DNA of 62,447 nucleotides, the filler included, from Globobulimina sp. (taxonomy: Eukaryota): assembly GCA_003354225.1 (NCBI GenBank). It is 15 parts of 15 records of this genome, joined end to end, with 100 filler letters (N's around TTAATTAATTAA, not from the genome) between each part and the next. Parts side by side here need not be neighbours in the genome. Positions count along the whole stretch, not along the records: positions 1 to 4,077 come from PIVH01001647.1; positions 4,178 to 8,254 come from PIVH01001648.1; positions 8,355 to 12,428 come from PIVH01001649.1; 12 more parts are not named here. One strand, written 5' to 3'. Of this stretch, positions 1 through 12,528 are shown piece by piece. The notes below the pieces were generated by a model. It was not told the origin of the DNA and ran no database searches. It was given only the letters and a program-made list of their open reading frames with translations. Both the position numbers and the translations under genes were made by a program. Within the stretch, counting starts at the first letter, position 1, and each line of letters starts with the position of its first letter.

Positions 1-161
1 CACACAGAGTCATAAGATTTAATTTATTCATTATCGGAATTAGGATGATATAAAACTGCCTCAATCATCGAAACATGATGCCATTGAATTTAATTAAAAT
101 TATAAATTTGTCATATCTTAAAATACCGGCAATTGGAGGTTAACTTTGTTTGAACAGCAAA

Positions 162-1392
162 TTATAAGTCACAAACAAGATATCTTTGAGAATCAAAAAT
201 CGAGACAATAATTCCATATTTATCCACTTTAAAAACAGCCGTACTTCCCAATATTTTACTATTATCCACATCAATCACCAATGCTTCTGCTCCTTTCTTT
301 TCGTTGTTGTCACCAATATCAACAGACATCATTGACGCAGCCATTTTAGTGACAAATTTTGGAAAACACGCCACATAAACTTTATTATCATCAGTTGGCG
401 ATGCATTTACGTTATCACAGCCGGCATTTTTCATTTCAATTTGCTTTAATAAAGTTATTTCATTATCATTCTCCGCCTGTACATGTACAGCATATTGGAA
501 TAAATGATTTCCATTCACAACATACAAAGTGCTGCCATCGTTTGACAATGAAATACCATTCGCATCGCCTAATTTATCTGCAACAATCTTGCAAGAAACA
601 ATTACATTTTTGCCTGGTCGTTTTGATAAAAAATCAGTGGGAGTTTCGCAAAAACCAACATTGGATAATTTCATCTCATCCTTCACAATAACCTCAAAAA
701 TGCCATTCCAAGAACCTGGCTGTAAATACATAGTAAAAATATGCATACATTTTCAATAAAACACATACGTCATTTTTCATCCAATTGGTAAAATAAAAAT
801 TGCCATTTGATTCCGCGACAACTGCCAAATTATTAATGTATAAAAATGAATTTGAAGTGATTGAGGTCCAATATTTTAATTTTTTATTTGCTAAATCTAC
901 TTTGAAAACCGATACAAATTCACCATCTCTTCTATGATTCACAATGAATACAAAATCATTATTTCCGTGTCTTATAACTGACATTCCATGCGGATGAAAA
1001 TCGGGATGAACATAGCCAGATAATGCCATTTTTAGCGGCTTTTTATACTTCGAATCTTTGCTTAATAAATAAATTTCACCCTTTTTTGAGGCTGGCAATG
1101 AAGATATTCTTTGTTGCATATCGCGATAATTGTAATATGGTATGTAACTCGGTTCAAATAATTGAAATACGGAAAGTAAATTACCGCAGCTTAATAATAA
1201 TGAATTGTCGGATAATGATTGGATATCTTCGCAGGATAAGTCATTTGGTGTTGCTATTGCATCACAATTATTTAATCCAAATGATTCTATTTTATTAAAC
1301 TCGCCAACACTGTAAAGTTTGAAGAGGACAAAACCAACAAATGATAACACCACACCGAGTATCAATTGACACAATAATTTACCAAGTCTCAT
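162..1392 (-). CDS. Paraoxonase/arylesterase-like six-bladed beta-propeller, 2 exons (intron 720-768)
   Basis: N-terminal hydrophobic anchor; PON-type motifs CEDI, FHPHG, NNL, NGI and DNV. The GTATGT..ACAG intron joins ORF 694..1392 to ORF 162..746 in frame (MKND|PGSW). Confidence 0.8.
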
Positions 1393-1647
1393 GGTATATA
1401 CTCTGTATATCAGACTGAGACTTTTTTACTTTATCATCAACCCCAGCGACTGGAGCCAAATAATGTAAAGTTTGAATATAACAGAAAATAAATGCACACT
1501 ATGACTATGCAGCTGATTTATTTTTTTATTACGCATAATTGATATTAATATACTTTAATTAATATTTCCGACTCACAAATTAAGACAACAACTTTAATAA
1601 AACTACACAACATTAATTGAACAAAGAAGTAGAAAAAGTACAACATA

Positions 1648-3138
1648 ATGCGCCAAGAACCGACGTTAAGCTCAAGATTAATTATTAAGGAAAAAAAAGA
1701 AGAAGCTAAGTCTGTGAGAAATGTAAGCAAAAAAAGAGCATGCTGCTGTTTTGGAAGTGGTTTATGTTCAGCGATTATTATTATTGTTGCCTCACTTTTG
1801 ATATTTTATTTATTTTTTAATTCAACCTCAAGTAACAAAGATGTCATTGTGGCGCCATCAAAGACAATGTTTAGAGCTCCAGTATCCGGCTCAGATTACG
1901 TTTATTTGGATTGGGAGGCACCGCAATCGACCGGTGGCTCATTCATTGAGTCATACACATTACAGTACAAAGTGAAAACGGATGTAAATTGGACAGATAT
2001 TCTCATGACCAGCAAAGGCTTATTATTACATAATAATGTTACACAATTAGAGGGTTCCACAGATTATGAATTTCGAATTAATTCATTTAACGCCTATTTC
2101 ACATCGGATTGGTGTCAAACATTAGATATTACCACAAAGGCACCAACTTTGCCATCACCACCTTCTGCTCCATTTGCAATTGGTATGACGGTGAAAAAAG
2201 CAGATACCGCAAAAAAAATAATTAATTTGAGTATTGCAGTAAAAGCAGGTTCGAATGGTGGAGCTCCCATTGATTTTTATTCTGTATTTTATCGGTTAGC
2301 AAATGAGAAACGAAGTGAATGGGAAACATTTTGTAAAATTACTTTCAGCGAAATACAAACATTGACTCCGTTGAATATGTTAAATTGTACTGGCACAATC
2401 AAAGCAGATCAAGTTAACCAAATTTATAAGTTTAGTGTGACTGCGACAAATCGGGTTGGAACCTCAGCAAAATCAGCAATAACACCTTGCTTCATTCCGC
2501 CAATCGATTCCCTCCAATATTATATGTGCAAAATGCAAGATGTACCCTCCAAAATGAAGAATTCCTCCATTTCAGTGACTGTGGGCCCCTCTGAAATTGA
2601 CATTGCATGGCTGCCCCCTTCGAGTGACTCACCGATAATATCTTATGAGCTGCAAAGAGATGATTTGTTGTGGGAGGAAGCATTGCATACCGTGGAAATT
2701 CCAAATAAAGGATTGTCGCTTTATGCGCAATTAAATGGTTTAAACCCTGGCTCTCCGTATCAAATCAGAATAAGAGCAGTTAACAAGGATGGCAAAGGCG
2801 AATGGAGTGAATTATTGGTGGTTAAAACTGTGGAGACGGAGAAATGTGGAAATTATAACGATGAGATAGCGATTAAGGAATTCCCTCCGACAAAGTATAT
2901 CTCATATTATTTGGCTTGCTCATTTTCAAGTGATGTGGAAAAATGTATAATCAGTGAGCTTGGAAAAGATCATTTAAGCGATGGGTGCCGGACATGTATG
3001 AGCCAAGAGATATATTGTGTGAATACAAAGTGTAGCACACAATGTTTGAAAAGTCCGCAATCAGATAAATGTTTCCATTGTGTAGAGGATAGTTGCTTTG
3101 GACCGGCCCTTGGACAATGTGGTGGATTGCCGACGTGA
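1648..3138 (+). CDS. Type II membrane protein with three fibronectin type III repeats and a Cys-rich C-terminus
   Basis: TM segment around aa 40-57; FN3 motifs WEAP..GGS.I..Y, L.P...Y..RIRAVN..G.GEWS; dense Cys pattern at the end. Confidence 0.85.
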   Translation: MRQEPTLSSRLIIKEKKEEAKSVRNVSKKRACCCFGSGLCSAIIIIVASLLIFYLFFNSTSSNKDVIVAPSKTMFRAPVSGSDYVYLDWEAPQSTGGSFIESYTLQYKVKTDVNWTDILMTSKGLLLHNNVTQLEGSTDYEFRINSFNAYFTSDWCQTLDITTKAPTLPSPPSAPFAIGMTVKKADTAKKIINLSIAVKAGSNGGAPIDFYSVFYRLANEKRSEWETFCKITFSEIQTLTPLNMLNCTGTIKADQVNQIYKFSVTATNRVGTSAKSAITPCFIPPIDSLQYYMCKMQDVPSKMKNSSISVTVGPSEIDIAWLPPSSDSPIISYELQRDDLLWEEALHTVEIPNKGLSLYAQLNGLNPGSPYQIRIRAVNKDGKGEWSELLVVKTVETEKCGNYNDEIAIKEFPPTKYISYYLACSFSSDVEKCIISELGKDHLSDGCRTCMSQEIYCVNTKCSTQCLKSPQSDKCFHCVEDSCFGPALGQCGGLPT

Positions 3139-4077
3139 GTGACATTTATACAAAATTATTTAAATAAAATTTAAAAACTGTGTTATAAAAAATTCTTGAA
3201 AAGTACATCTAGCATTCCATGCCGATGTGTGGATCCCTTCTGTAATGCTTGTTTTATTGATATTTTTTGCATTGATTGTGCATAATTGGAACAGCAATCG
3301 CAATTACGTCCACTGATAATAAACACATTAAAAAACATGCGTTTGATAAACAAAACTTCACTTACTTGTTCGAGATTATGTATTTGGCACCGGCGAATTG
3401 TCTATGATTGAAATGTGGAAACGACAGTTTGTTTTCATTCATTTATTGTTCAACGCAACTTCTACTGGAGGGGACAATGACTTTTCACGTATTACATCTG
3501 TTGGATAAAAATAAACGAAGTGCCTGAAATATTGAAAATTATTCACTTTTTATATCGGTTGAATGATAAAAATAAATATTTTGGCATTGAGACTATGAAA
3601 GGAATGGAATATTTGAATGAAATAAAGTTAATTATAATGCAACGAATTGAGTGTGCTTTTAACTACACACAACTGAATAAATTTTGATAGAACATAGTAA
3701 AATATTGATATATACAGAATAGATTTATATCTATGGACGATGCATATTTGTCTTTGGGGAAAGATAAGTTGTGTAAAATGTGGCATTCGTTGAAGGAAAG
3801 TGCTGTGCCATTTGGATATGGACAGTTTTAAATATATAAAAGATGTGAATAATATAAATGAACCAAATATGACTCGATATCGAATAATATAAACGTACGA
3901 AAATCGAGTCATGATTTTGAGAAAACTACACCGGAAATTTGAAAGCAAAAATTAAGTCATTGAGCCAAAGTTTTTTTACTGTGAAAATTAAAAAAAAAAC
4001 TTTTCCACTATAATCGATTAAAAACTCACAAATTAAACTCAAACAATAATAATGTCATTATCAATTAAAATCACATC

Positions 4078-4177
4078 NNNNNNNNNNNNNNNNNNNNNNN
4101 NNNNNNNNNNNNNNNNNNNNNTTAATTAATTAANNNNNNNNNNNNNNNNNNNNNNNNNNNNNNNNNNNNNNNNNNNN
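4078..4177. other. Artificial contig-joining linker (44N-TTAATTAATTAA-44N), first of 14
   Basis: Identical 100-nt spacers start at 4078, 8255, 12429, 16602, 20774, 24946, 29117, 33287, 37456, 41623, 45790, 49955, 54120 and 58284. The core has stops in all six frames. Contig lengths fall from 4077 to 4064. Confidence 0.99.
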
Positions 4178-4612
4178 TTCATATCTGGCTAGAAATTCTT
4201 AAATTTGATTCGTGTATTTTTCATTGGTGACTTGGTTTTTTTTTTGTTTTTTATTTTTGTATTCCATTTCAATTTAGACTTTATATATGTTTACCTCTGA
4301 AACTAGTTTGTGCAGGTCGTTTAACAGTATATATACTCAACCCCACCTGGTTAGATAAGTTGTATATATTTTATTCAATTATCTGAGAAACAGTTTGCTA
4401 TAGGTTTGTTCTGCATCACGTTTTCAGCGTCAGATTTTTATTGTTTCTGAGAAACGCAGGCACCAGAAAAAATCTGACCCCAATAAAAATCTGACGCTGA
4501 AGACAGGAATCCGGATGCTCTTGAATTTTCGGTATACAAAGGGTAAAAGGGGGGTTATATTTTGCAATATATCGTTCAGTCTCTCAAGCTTCCTTATATT
4601 AGCACATAAATA

Positions 4613-5347
4613 ATGGCTGAGGAAAAGAAAACTGACGAATTGAAGCAATTTCCGTTTTATTTTAAACTTCGGAATGTGCCAAATGATCATTCATGTTTAT
4701 TTCATTCAATTGGTTATTTAGTGAACAATGAAAAATATTCCACAGATATAAATTTTCATTGTGAATTAAGGAATATTGTAAGCAATAAAATTACAGAAGA
4801 AAAAGAAGAATACACGCAAGACTTGTTAGTAATTAATAAAAATGCAAACGAATATTCAAAATGGATAACAGACGAATTTTCTTGGGGCGGGACTATGGAC
4901 GCTTCGATCATCGCAAAAGCGTTTAATGTTGATATTGTTGTTATTGATGTGACTGCAAATTTATATTATATATTAAATGGAGGAGATAATAATAGGCGCA
5001 TCCATATAATTTATAATTTTGAACATTACGATGCCTGCGTAGGGATTTATAATAATAGCAATGATTTGGATGTTACCAAAGAAATCAGACAATTTAATTT
5101 GAAAAAATTAAATGAAAATCACAATGGAAAATCATTAAATTGGGAGGGAATCGAAAAAAATGTTTTGAAATCATTTTTGAATGAACAGCACAAGGAATAT
5201 AAGAAAAAAAAAGAAATATTGGATAAATTAAAAAGTTTAAAAAAATATAAATGTCAGGATTGTGAAAAAATATTGTGTAGCAATGATGAGATGGCAGAGC
5301 ATATAAATAGCACTAACTATGAGCATTGTATGTTTGATGAAATATGA
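4613..5347 (+). CDS. OTU1: OTU1/YOD1-like deubiquitinase with C-terminal C2H2 finger, no N-terminal UBX-like domain
   Basis: VPNDHSCLFHS (catalytic Cys), WGG, HYD (catalytic His), CQDC..H..H finger. Confidence 0.85.
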   Translation: MAEEKKTDELKQFPFYFKLRNVPNDHSCLFHSIGYLVNNEKYSTDINFHCELRNIVSNKITEEKEEYTQDLLVINKNANEYSKWITDEFSWGGTMDASIIAKAFNVDIVVIDVTANLYYILNGGDNNRRIHIIYNFEHYDACVGIYNNSNDLDVTKEIRQFNLKKLNENHNGKSLNWEGIEKNVLKSFLNEQHKEYKKKKEILDKLKSLKKYKCQDCEKILCSNDEMAEHINSTNYEHCMFDEI

Positions 5348-5488
5348 AAATTATTTGTTGACAATAAATTCACAGCCTTTGCGATAAATATAAGCTCAGA
5401 ACCGGTTCAAAAAGTGCAAGTTCAGATGATATTAATTTTGACAATAAATTCACAACATTTTTCCCCTTCTTCTTTTCATTTACTGACA

Positions 5489-5498
5489 ATCCTTGCAC
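5489..5498 (+). promoter_or_regulatory. Recurrent non-coding motif ATCCTTGCAC (copy 1)
   Basis: Exact 10-mer, intergenic, about 140 nt after the OTU1 stop, preceded by a pyrimidine tract. Function unknown. Confidence 0.6.
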
Positions 5499-5753
5499 AA
5501 GAATCCTACCTAAATTATGTCTTTTTTTTCATCATCTGTGGTGATGCCATGCGGCTGTAAATTTGAAAAAGATCAGATAGCCAAGCGATTGCAAGGTACG
5601 TATACTTATATTTAAAATATATGCTAATATAGCCGCGCAAATTCGCAACATATAGCTACATTTAGCAGAAATGACTATGACTACGAAATAACATGTCCAA
5701 AAAACAAGTGTGGCAAAATCTGGGACTTAGCCGATTGTGATAGTGTCATTCAT

Positions 5754-8254
5754 ATGAATGAACAGCATTATTTATATTACGCGCAAGAAATTGAGAAACG
5801 ATCCTCCGTTCCAACCAAACCATGTCCATTTTGTGGCGTTGATTGCGAGCGTCCATCCACCAAATCTGTACAACGTGATGACAAATGGGGATATCGCGTA
5901 CATTGTGCCTGTAACAGTAATAATATTTATAATAAACGAGATTGGTGTTGGGAATGTCAGCAAGAATGGAAGACCAAGAATTGGGAAGATTGTGGCAATG
6001 CAAATTGTCATTTACATGCTCATCAAAATAAAAATAAAAATAAAAAGAAGAAAATTAATATGAAGGCAAGCGGAACCCTCGGCACTGCAATGGATGTGGA
6101 TGTGGATGGATTCGATGTGGGCGATATGATAAATATAAATAATAGTACCAACACACAAATACCTGCAACTCACACAACTCACACAAGCACATACCAGGTT
6201 GGACAGCAGGTGAAAGCCCGAGATCCCTCTTTTGGGGGTACCGCATTTTATGCAGCTACCATTAAAGTTGTTGAATATGATCGCGTCAAAGTGGGTTATA
6301 ATAAATGGCCTAAACCTGAGTGTGATCAATGGATAAATGAACATCAGTATGCTGATTATATCAAAATTGAAGCAGCGTCCGGATCCGCTACAGATACATC
6401 CAGTGCATCCTCGTCGATTGCTGGTGGTAAAAAAGGTAAAAACGGCAAAAACGGCAAAAACGCGACTTACAAAAACGGTAAAAATGGTAAGAAAGCGCGT
6501 AACAAAGGGAATAACGGTATTGTTGGCTTACAAAATTTAGGTAATACATGTTTTATGAACTCAGCTCTGCAGTGTTTACTACAATGCCCTGAATTTATTG
6601 AATTGTGTATGAATGACAAAATTAAATTGCCTGTATGCAGCGGCTGGGGCTCTCGCGGCAAAATTAATAAATCCTCATTAGCTTATATTTGGTGCTCATT
6701 TGTGAAACAAATTTATAGTACAAACCGTGGCTCCGTAGCACCGCGTGACATTAAGAATGGACTACGACGCTTAAATTCTGATATTGGTAATGGTACACAA
6801 CAAGATTCGTTTTGTGTGATCGAGACTTTATTACAAGGCTTAGAGGACGAATTATGTGCGGATAACCCGGATCGAATGGAGTATGATGTAAAAATTGAAC
6901 ATGACAAAGACCGGCCGAGCAAAGACGATATTGATGACATTGTGGATAAATTATGGCGCAAATATTGTGCGCATGGCGTGTCTGTGCGGGATATATTCGA
7001 TGGCGTTGAATGCGAAAAAACGCGTTGTTGTGCCTGCAATTTCGAGTTACAGACTTTTCAATCTTTTCGACAAATTGAGTTACCGTTATGTAATAAGATT
7101 ATTTCGTTGCGGATTAAGGTATTTATCCCAGAGATTCGCGAAAGTTGCGTGTTTACAGAAAATTTAACCTTGGCCTATGACAATACGATGGATGGCATAA
7201 AATACATTTTGTTGCCAAAATTAACCCAAAAATATGAATTAAAAAACACAGTAAATATTAGATTTGGTTGCATCAAATTAAATGCATCGAATAAAAGCAG
7301 CAAGAAATCGATGAACGGATGGATTGAGTACTTGGATGATAACGATAATTGTTCGAAAATCAAATGTCATTCGCAAATATTCGCAGTGGTATATACCAAT
7401 AACAAACAAGTGAGTTATGTGCCGCAATTTAATTTGATTTGCAATGAAAAAGGCACAATTTTTAGCAATTTCGTGGCCAAAAGCGATGGTTTATTGTCCT
7501 TAGACGATGAGGTGCTTACTTTTAAAAAACTGTATGGTCCTAAAAAGAATATGTGTGGCAAGCAGATGGTGGCAGAAGAGAGCAAAGTCAATCACTCCGA
7601 CTATGAATCACCGATAATATTCTATAACAATCGCGTGGTGAATGCCAGCGATAACGTAAAGATGCAGAAAAATGGCTGTTTGCTACGAATATTTGTGCAT
7701 AAAAAATATAAGAATAAGTCGCCTGCCTCGGTTTCCAAAGTTCGCTTTGATGCCAATGACCAATTAACCATTCAATGCGCATTAAATGAGAGCAATAAAT
7801 CGTCGCTGTCCTCATTGGAATGCCTTACTGAGACAGTTAAAAGTTATTGGACCAGCTTAGCCAACTTCACTTTTCATGATTTATCGTCGCTTCTTCCAGG
7901 CTTTGGCGCTGCCGATGACAATAAACAAGAAATAGCGGCCAAAACCAGTCAGGCCAAAGCTACGCACAATAAATTAAAGACTTTGTCTGAATCTGCAAAG
8001 GTGGCCAATAAGTGGTTGAGCTGGAGATTAGATTGCATCGCTAAGTCGTATGAGGCCGACAATATTAATTATACGAAAGCCAAAATGTTGGATAATTTGG
8101 ATGACTGTTTGGCTGTTTATGAATTGAATGAGACCTCAAATGCCAACGTGTTGGATTGCCCGCGCTGCGCGCCCCAATTTCCAGAGATTGTATCTCGGAA
8201 AGTTGATATATTAAAGACGCCGAAAGTGTTATTAATACATATTGACCGTGAGGA
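5754..8254 (+). CDS. Ubiquitin-specific protease (C19), 3'-partial, with N-terminal IBR-like Zn finger and Tudor-like domain
   Basis: Cys box GLQNLGNTCFMNSALQCL, QQDS, C..C Zn ribbon, PKVLLIH. N-terminal CPFC..HCAC..WCWEC..C..C. The ORF runs into the linker. Confidence 0.9.
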
Positions 8255-8354
8255 NNNNNNNNNNNNNNNNNNNNNNNNNNNNNNNNNNNNNNNNNNNNTT
8301 AATTAATTAANNNNNNNNNNNNNNNNNNNNNNNNNNNNNNNNNNNNNNNNNNNN

Positions 8355-8482
8355 CCCTTTTCTTTTCGGCATCCTCCAAGACCACCTTCCAACTCGGCCC
8401 TTTTTTCCTGCGCCACAGCTGCGAGATCTTTCAAAACTTGGATCTCCTGTGCTCTGGCCACGTCCTCCGGGTCGTACGGCAC
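8355..8482 (-). other. GC-rich exon fragment of a different gene at the contig start
   Basis: Open frame VPYDPEDVARAQEIQVLKDLAAVAQEKRAELEGG after a CTGCAG acceptor; visibly higher GC than the rest of the contig. Confidence 0.4.
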
Positions 8483-8507
8483 CTGCAGATGAGCAGAAGT
8501 TTAAATA

Positions 8508-9889
8508 CAGGGAGCGACTGATTTAACTCTAAACTGTTATAAATTTTCTGATTGCATGGATATGACTGTGCACTGTGGCACAGGAGATTGTATCATTAAT
8601 TGTGGGATAGATGCTGGATATTCTGACTATTGTAAGGGGATGAATATCATCTGCGGCCCAGGTGTCTGTCATATTAACTGCAACCAACTTGGTGTCAATA
8701 CATGTACTGATGTCACCATCTACGTAGCAGCAGCGGTATCTTATTTCTGTATTGGAGCGGACTGTGATGGAGTTACATTTATTGGTGGTACAGTACCACC
8801 CGTAACAACATATAATCCAACAATAGCTCCAATTGCATCAACTATCACTACATCTATCCCAATCGCAACCACATCAATCCCTACAAAAACCCCAACAATA
8901 ATAGAAACGATGGAGCCTACAATATCCACAGCAGCAATCTTCACCACATCGGTTGAGCCAACAACAGCAATGCAGCCGACATTAATTACTGTGTATGGAT
9001 GGAAAATTATATTGCACAGTTTTTTTAGGTGCACCATGTTATACATGTTTTACCTGTAATACTTAGCTGCGTATTCCTGATAAACATTACTAAAACAGAT
9101 GGAAATATTACAGTTACAGAGGTTGTGGATTTTATAACGGATAGTATTAACGAAGAATTTGCTGAATTGTTGGTTGTTAATACTGATTATGTATTGGATG
9201 TTGATGTGATTGATAGTAACATAATAACTGTAACACTTATGGCTACGTCAACAACTTTGTTGGATAAATATGAGATTGATAATATAAAAGATGCAACACA
9301 GAATAAGTTAAATACACAATATGGAGATGGGACTGTTTTGATGGAACGTATGGTGGATGAATATAGTACCACTATTTTCAACACTGAGAAGTCGCAAATA
9401 ACACATAATACGATATCAGGTTTGGAGCAAATAATGATTGGATGTATTGCTATGTTATGTATAATATTGTTAATTGCATTGGTATTGTATGTGTTAATGC
9501 GGAAAAAGCAAAAGAAAAAACAAGTTAAATGTAAGACTGGCTCACTCAGTAATGTCGTATGTAATAATATTGAAATGAATGGAATATCATTGATTGATTC
9601 GACTGAAATGATGCCAAATATGGATATAATGAGTTTGAGTAAATCATTATCTGAAGAGGATGAAACACGAAGTGAACAAATAGATACAACAACATCTGTG
9701 CATGGAACAAGTAAGAAAAATGCTACAAATTTAACGTGTACACAAGAACTGGATGATGAAGAGATGTATAATAATACATCTACGGATGTAGGGACACCAG
9801 GCGCAGCAACTACGTGTGGCGAGACTGCTGGAAATGACAATACGCCTGATTTGTATGTCGAGCCTGGCCAAATATCTGGTGAAGTCTAA
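8508..9889 (+). CDS. Cell-surface protein (Cys-rich repeats, Thr/Pro stalk, single TM, acidic tail), 5'-truncated, one intron near 8991-9066
   Basis: ORFs 8556..9059 and 9029..9889 can be joined by a GT-AG intron; TM IMIGCIAMLCIILLIALVLYVLM is followed by a basic stop-transfer segment. Exact splice sites are uncertain. Confidence 0.7.
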
Positions 9890-9940
9890 TTAACTAAAGA
9901 ATTATTTTTTGTTTATATAAATATTCAAGAATTTGTAAGT

Positions 9941-11405
9941 TTAAAACCAATCAAAATTCCAATGTCCGGAAGGTTTAAAATGAATAAATAAGTTTGCATA
10001 GTAATCCCCAGGCAATGGTTTCCTTCTTGCATGTCCGCATTTGGCCGATTCATAATATACACAATCACCCGGTTTCATTGTAATTTCGTGCAAAACACCA
10101 TGATGATCATATATTTGCAAGGGCCAATCCTTCCCTTCATCCAATTTGCTATCAACATTAACAATGGCGGAAAGAACGTGTGTACGACAGGTATCGACAT
10201 GCATTCGTAAGATTGCACCACGCGGATACTGACGTATCCCATATAACGAAGTCATTTGTAATTGGTTTGGGTCGTCGAATCCTGCCCATTCAGATAACTT
10301 TGTTTCAAAATAGTTAATCAACAAATTGCGCTCATTCTGCTGCAAATGTGCCATGACAGTTGGCGCAGTGTATTGGTTTAGCACAGGACCGGAAAATCCC
10401 TCCACAGTAAACTCCTCCACAGCTTTTCTTTTCTGCCAAAAGGACAAAATAGGCGCATATATATCAGGCGGAAGCGCTGATTGCTTGAAGCCAATCACTG
10501 TGAAGTTTGGGACAATGCGAGGCTGCGCATAGTTCAATGCCTCGCGTTTGCGAGCCCAAAACCTATAAACCCAATCAGTCATTTCTGCTTCATAGCCTTC
10601 AATACATTCTGTGCAATCTGGCTCAAACCCGGAAGCTCTGCACCATTCATGCATTGCTTCTCCTTTTCATATTAAAGCAATCAGTTTGAAACAGAAAGTA
10701 TGGCAATATATATTTCAATGTTTAACTGGATATGGATTTATGTTTATGGCCATCGATGAGATACAAATCAATGAAGGAGTCATCGCTCGCATCGGTTGCT
10801 TTGAAAATGTGTCCTAAGAATGTTTGTTCTGTGCGCAAGTCAGTGGGGTGTATAACGTCGAGATATTTTGGGTTTTTTTCGTACCAATAAAAATTGACAT
10901 CTTTGCCGAAATTATTGGTAAAAAATGCATGCGATTTTCTATTCACATTGATCCACGCAGCGAAGGCTGGGAACGCAGTGTCTTGCAATACGGAAAAATC
11001 CCGGTAATCATAATAGTTTTTATCAATTGGTATGATTAGAAATAATGAACAGTTTGTTGGTAGATTCCAGTCAGTAAATATAGAAATGATGGATGGGAAT
11101 ACAGATTTGTAGTTCATTTGTGCTAAATGGAGCACAGTGGGACCAGTTTGGTAGTGTGCACCAGCAAAAAACGGATGTGATAATGATTCCGTGCATTCAT
11201 CGGAATACAAATGTAATAGGATGTTGTTTTCAGTGAAACCATTTTTAGGGACCAATTGGTAAAATCTGTCTTCTGATTGGATTTTTTCCACTGGTTTTTG
11301 CCATTCGTCGTAGAGACAAATGACGCCGCTGTCTACTTTTTTGGCACATAATACATGATATATGTGTAACTGAAATAGTAATAATAAAGTAATTAAAGTT
11401 GACAT
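9941..11405 (-). CDS. Secreted 2OG-Fe(II) oxygenase (prolyl-4-hydroxylase-like) with VHL-beta-like domain, intron 10663-10726
   Basis: Signal peptide MSTLITLLLLFQLHIYHVLCA. Catalytic HVD..H.R motifs (LRMHVD, CGHAR, YYANLFIHFKP). Splicing gives KSIS-R-EAMHEW in frame. Confidence 0.8.
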
Positions 11406-11455
11406 TGAGGTTCTTTGAGTTTTCACTGAGTTCTCGATCAACATACAACAAAAAG

Positions 11456-12374
11456 CTACATTTTTTGAAATATATTGTGTAATTGTTGAGTTCCATAACA
11501 TTCCATTGGTATTTTTGCCACTCGCATAGTGGTTCCTTTCCCCGATATATTAAAATGTGGCACATATCCTTTGAATTTATCATTATCTTTGTAGTTATTG
11601 TTTTTACAGGGCATATTCCAACATTTTATGTCCGGATATTGCAATTTTATAGCATGCTCTCCACATTTTGTGCCTATTAGTTGTATATTTAATGTTCCAT
11701 TATCACAATCCAATAATATATCAATTTCATGCAAACCATCAAATCTAAGGAACGCTAACAACTCAGTGCCATGTACTGTGTGTGTTTGATGTCCATTGTG
11801 TTTACATCCATTGCTGTAGCACCCATTCGACCAATGGTTATATGCAATATGCCATGCTATGTATAACAAGTAACAACAATGTAGAAACATGACAACATAT
11901 ATTAATATAGAAAAAAATAACAATTTTCACTGCTCCATGAATCATTTCCAATATGTTGTTTTTCGCTGACACCCCATGATACCCAGCCGTTGTCTACAAC
12001 CATTGTCTAAAAATTAACAATTTAACATAATTACGCATTGTCAACGTAGTTTAGTTACAAACGTGTGCTCGAAAACAATGTACTCCGCAAAATAACGGTT
12101 CAATATCACTCAATATATACGCATGGCCATCATTTAACTTTATTATGGATTTGCGGTCTTCTTCAAATTTAAAAGATTCCCGACCAAGAGACAACTTGCT
12201 ACAATAGTTGTGGTTGAATGCTAAGATTTCGTACTTTTGATGATACCATATTACAATCAACTCGACTAAAGCATTGGGTATTGTTATATTGATAGTCACG
12301 CATTCATATCGGATATAACCAAATACAGCACAATTAGCTTGGCTTTTTGTCAAAATGCTTCTTTGTGTGCTCAT
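11456..12374 (-). CDS. SPRY/B30.2-like protein with N-terminal 'VFGYIR..IP' helical motif, about 3 exons
   Basis: CAVFGYIR..IPNALVELI, GVHCFR, WGV, IDILLDCDNGTL, YVPHFN; GT-AG introns near 12007-12061 and 11858-11921. Confidence 0.6.
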
Positions 12375-12528
12375 CGTTGAAGCTGCATAAAAAAAAAACC
12401 TGCTCTTTTACTTGTCGAGCCTGGAATCNNNNNNNNNNNNNNNNNNNNNNNNNNNNNNNNNNNNNNNNNNNNTTAATTAATTAANNNNNNNNNNNNNNNN
12501 NNNNNNNNNNNNNNNNNNNNNNNNNNNN

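Noticed and set aside
3300-3960. Coding-like sequence on + and ORF 3628..3948 on -
   Set aside because: Multiple stops and no recognisable motif; at most a decayed fragment.
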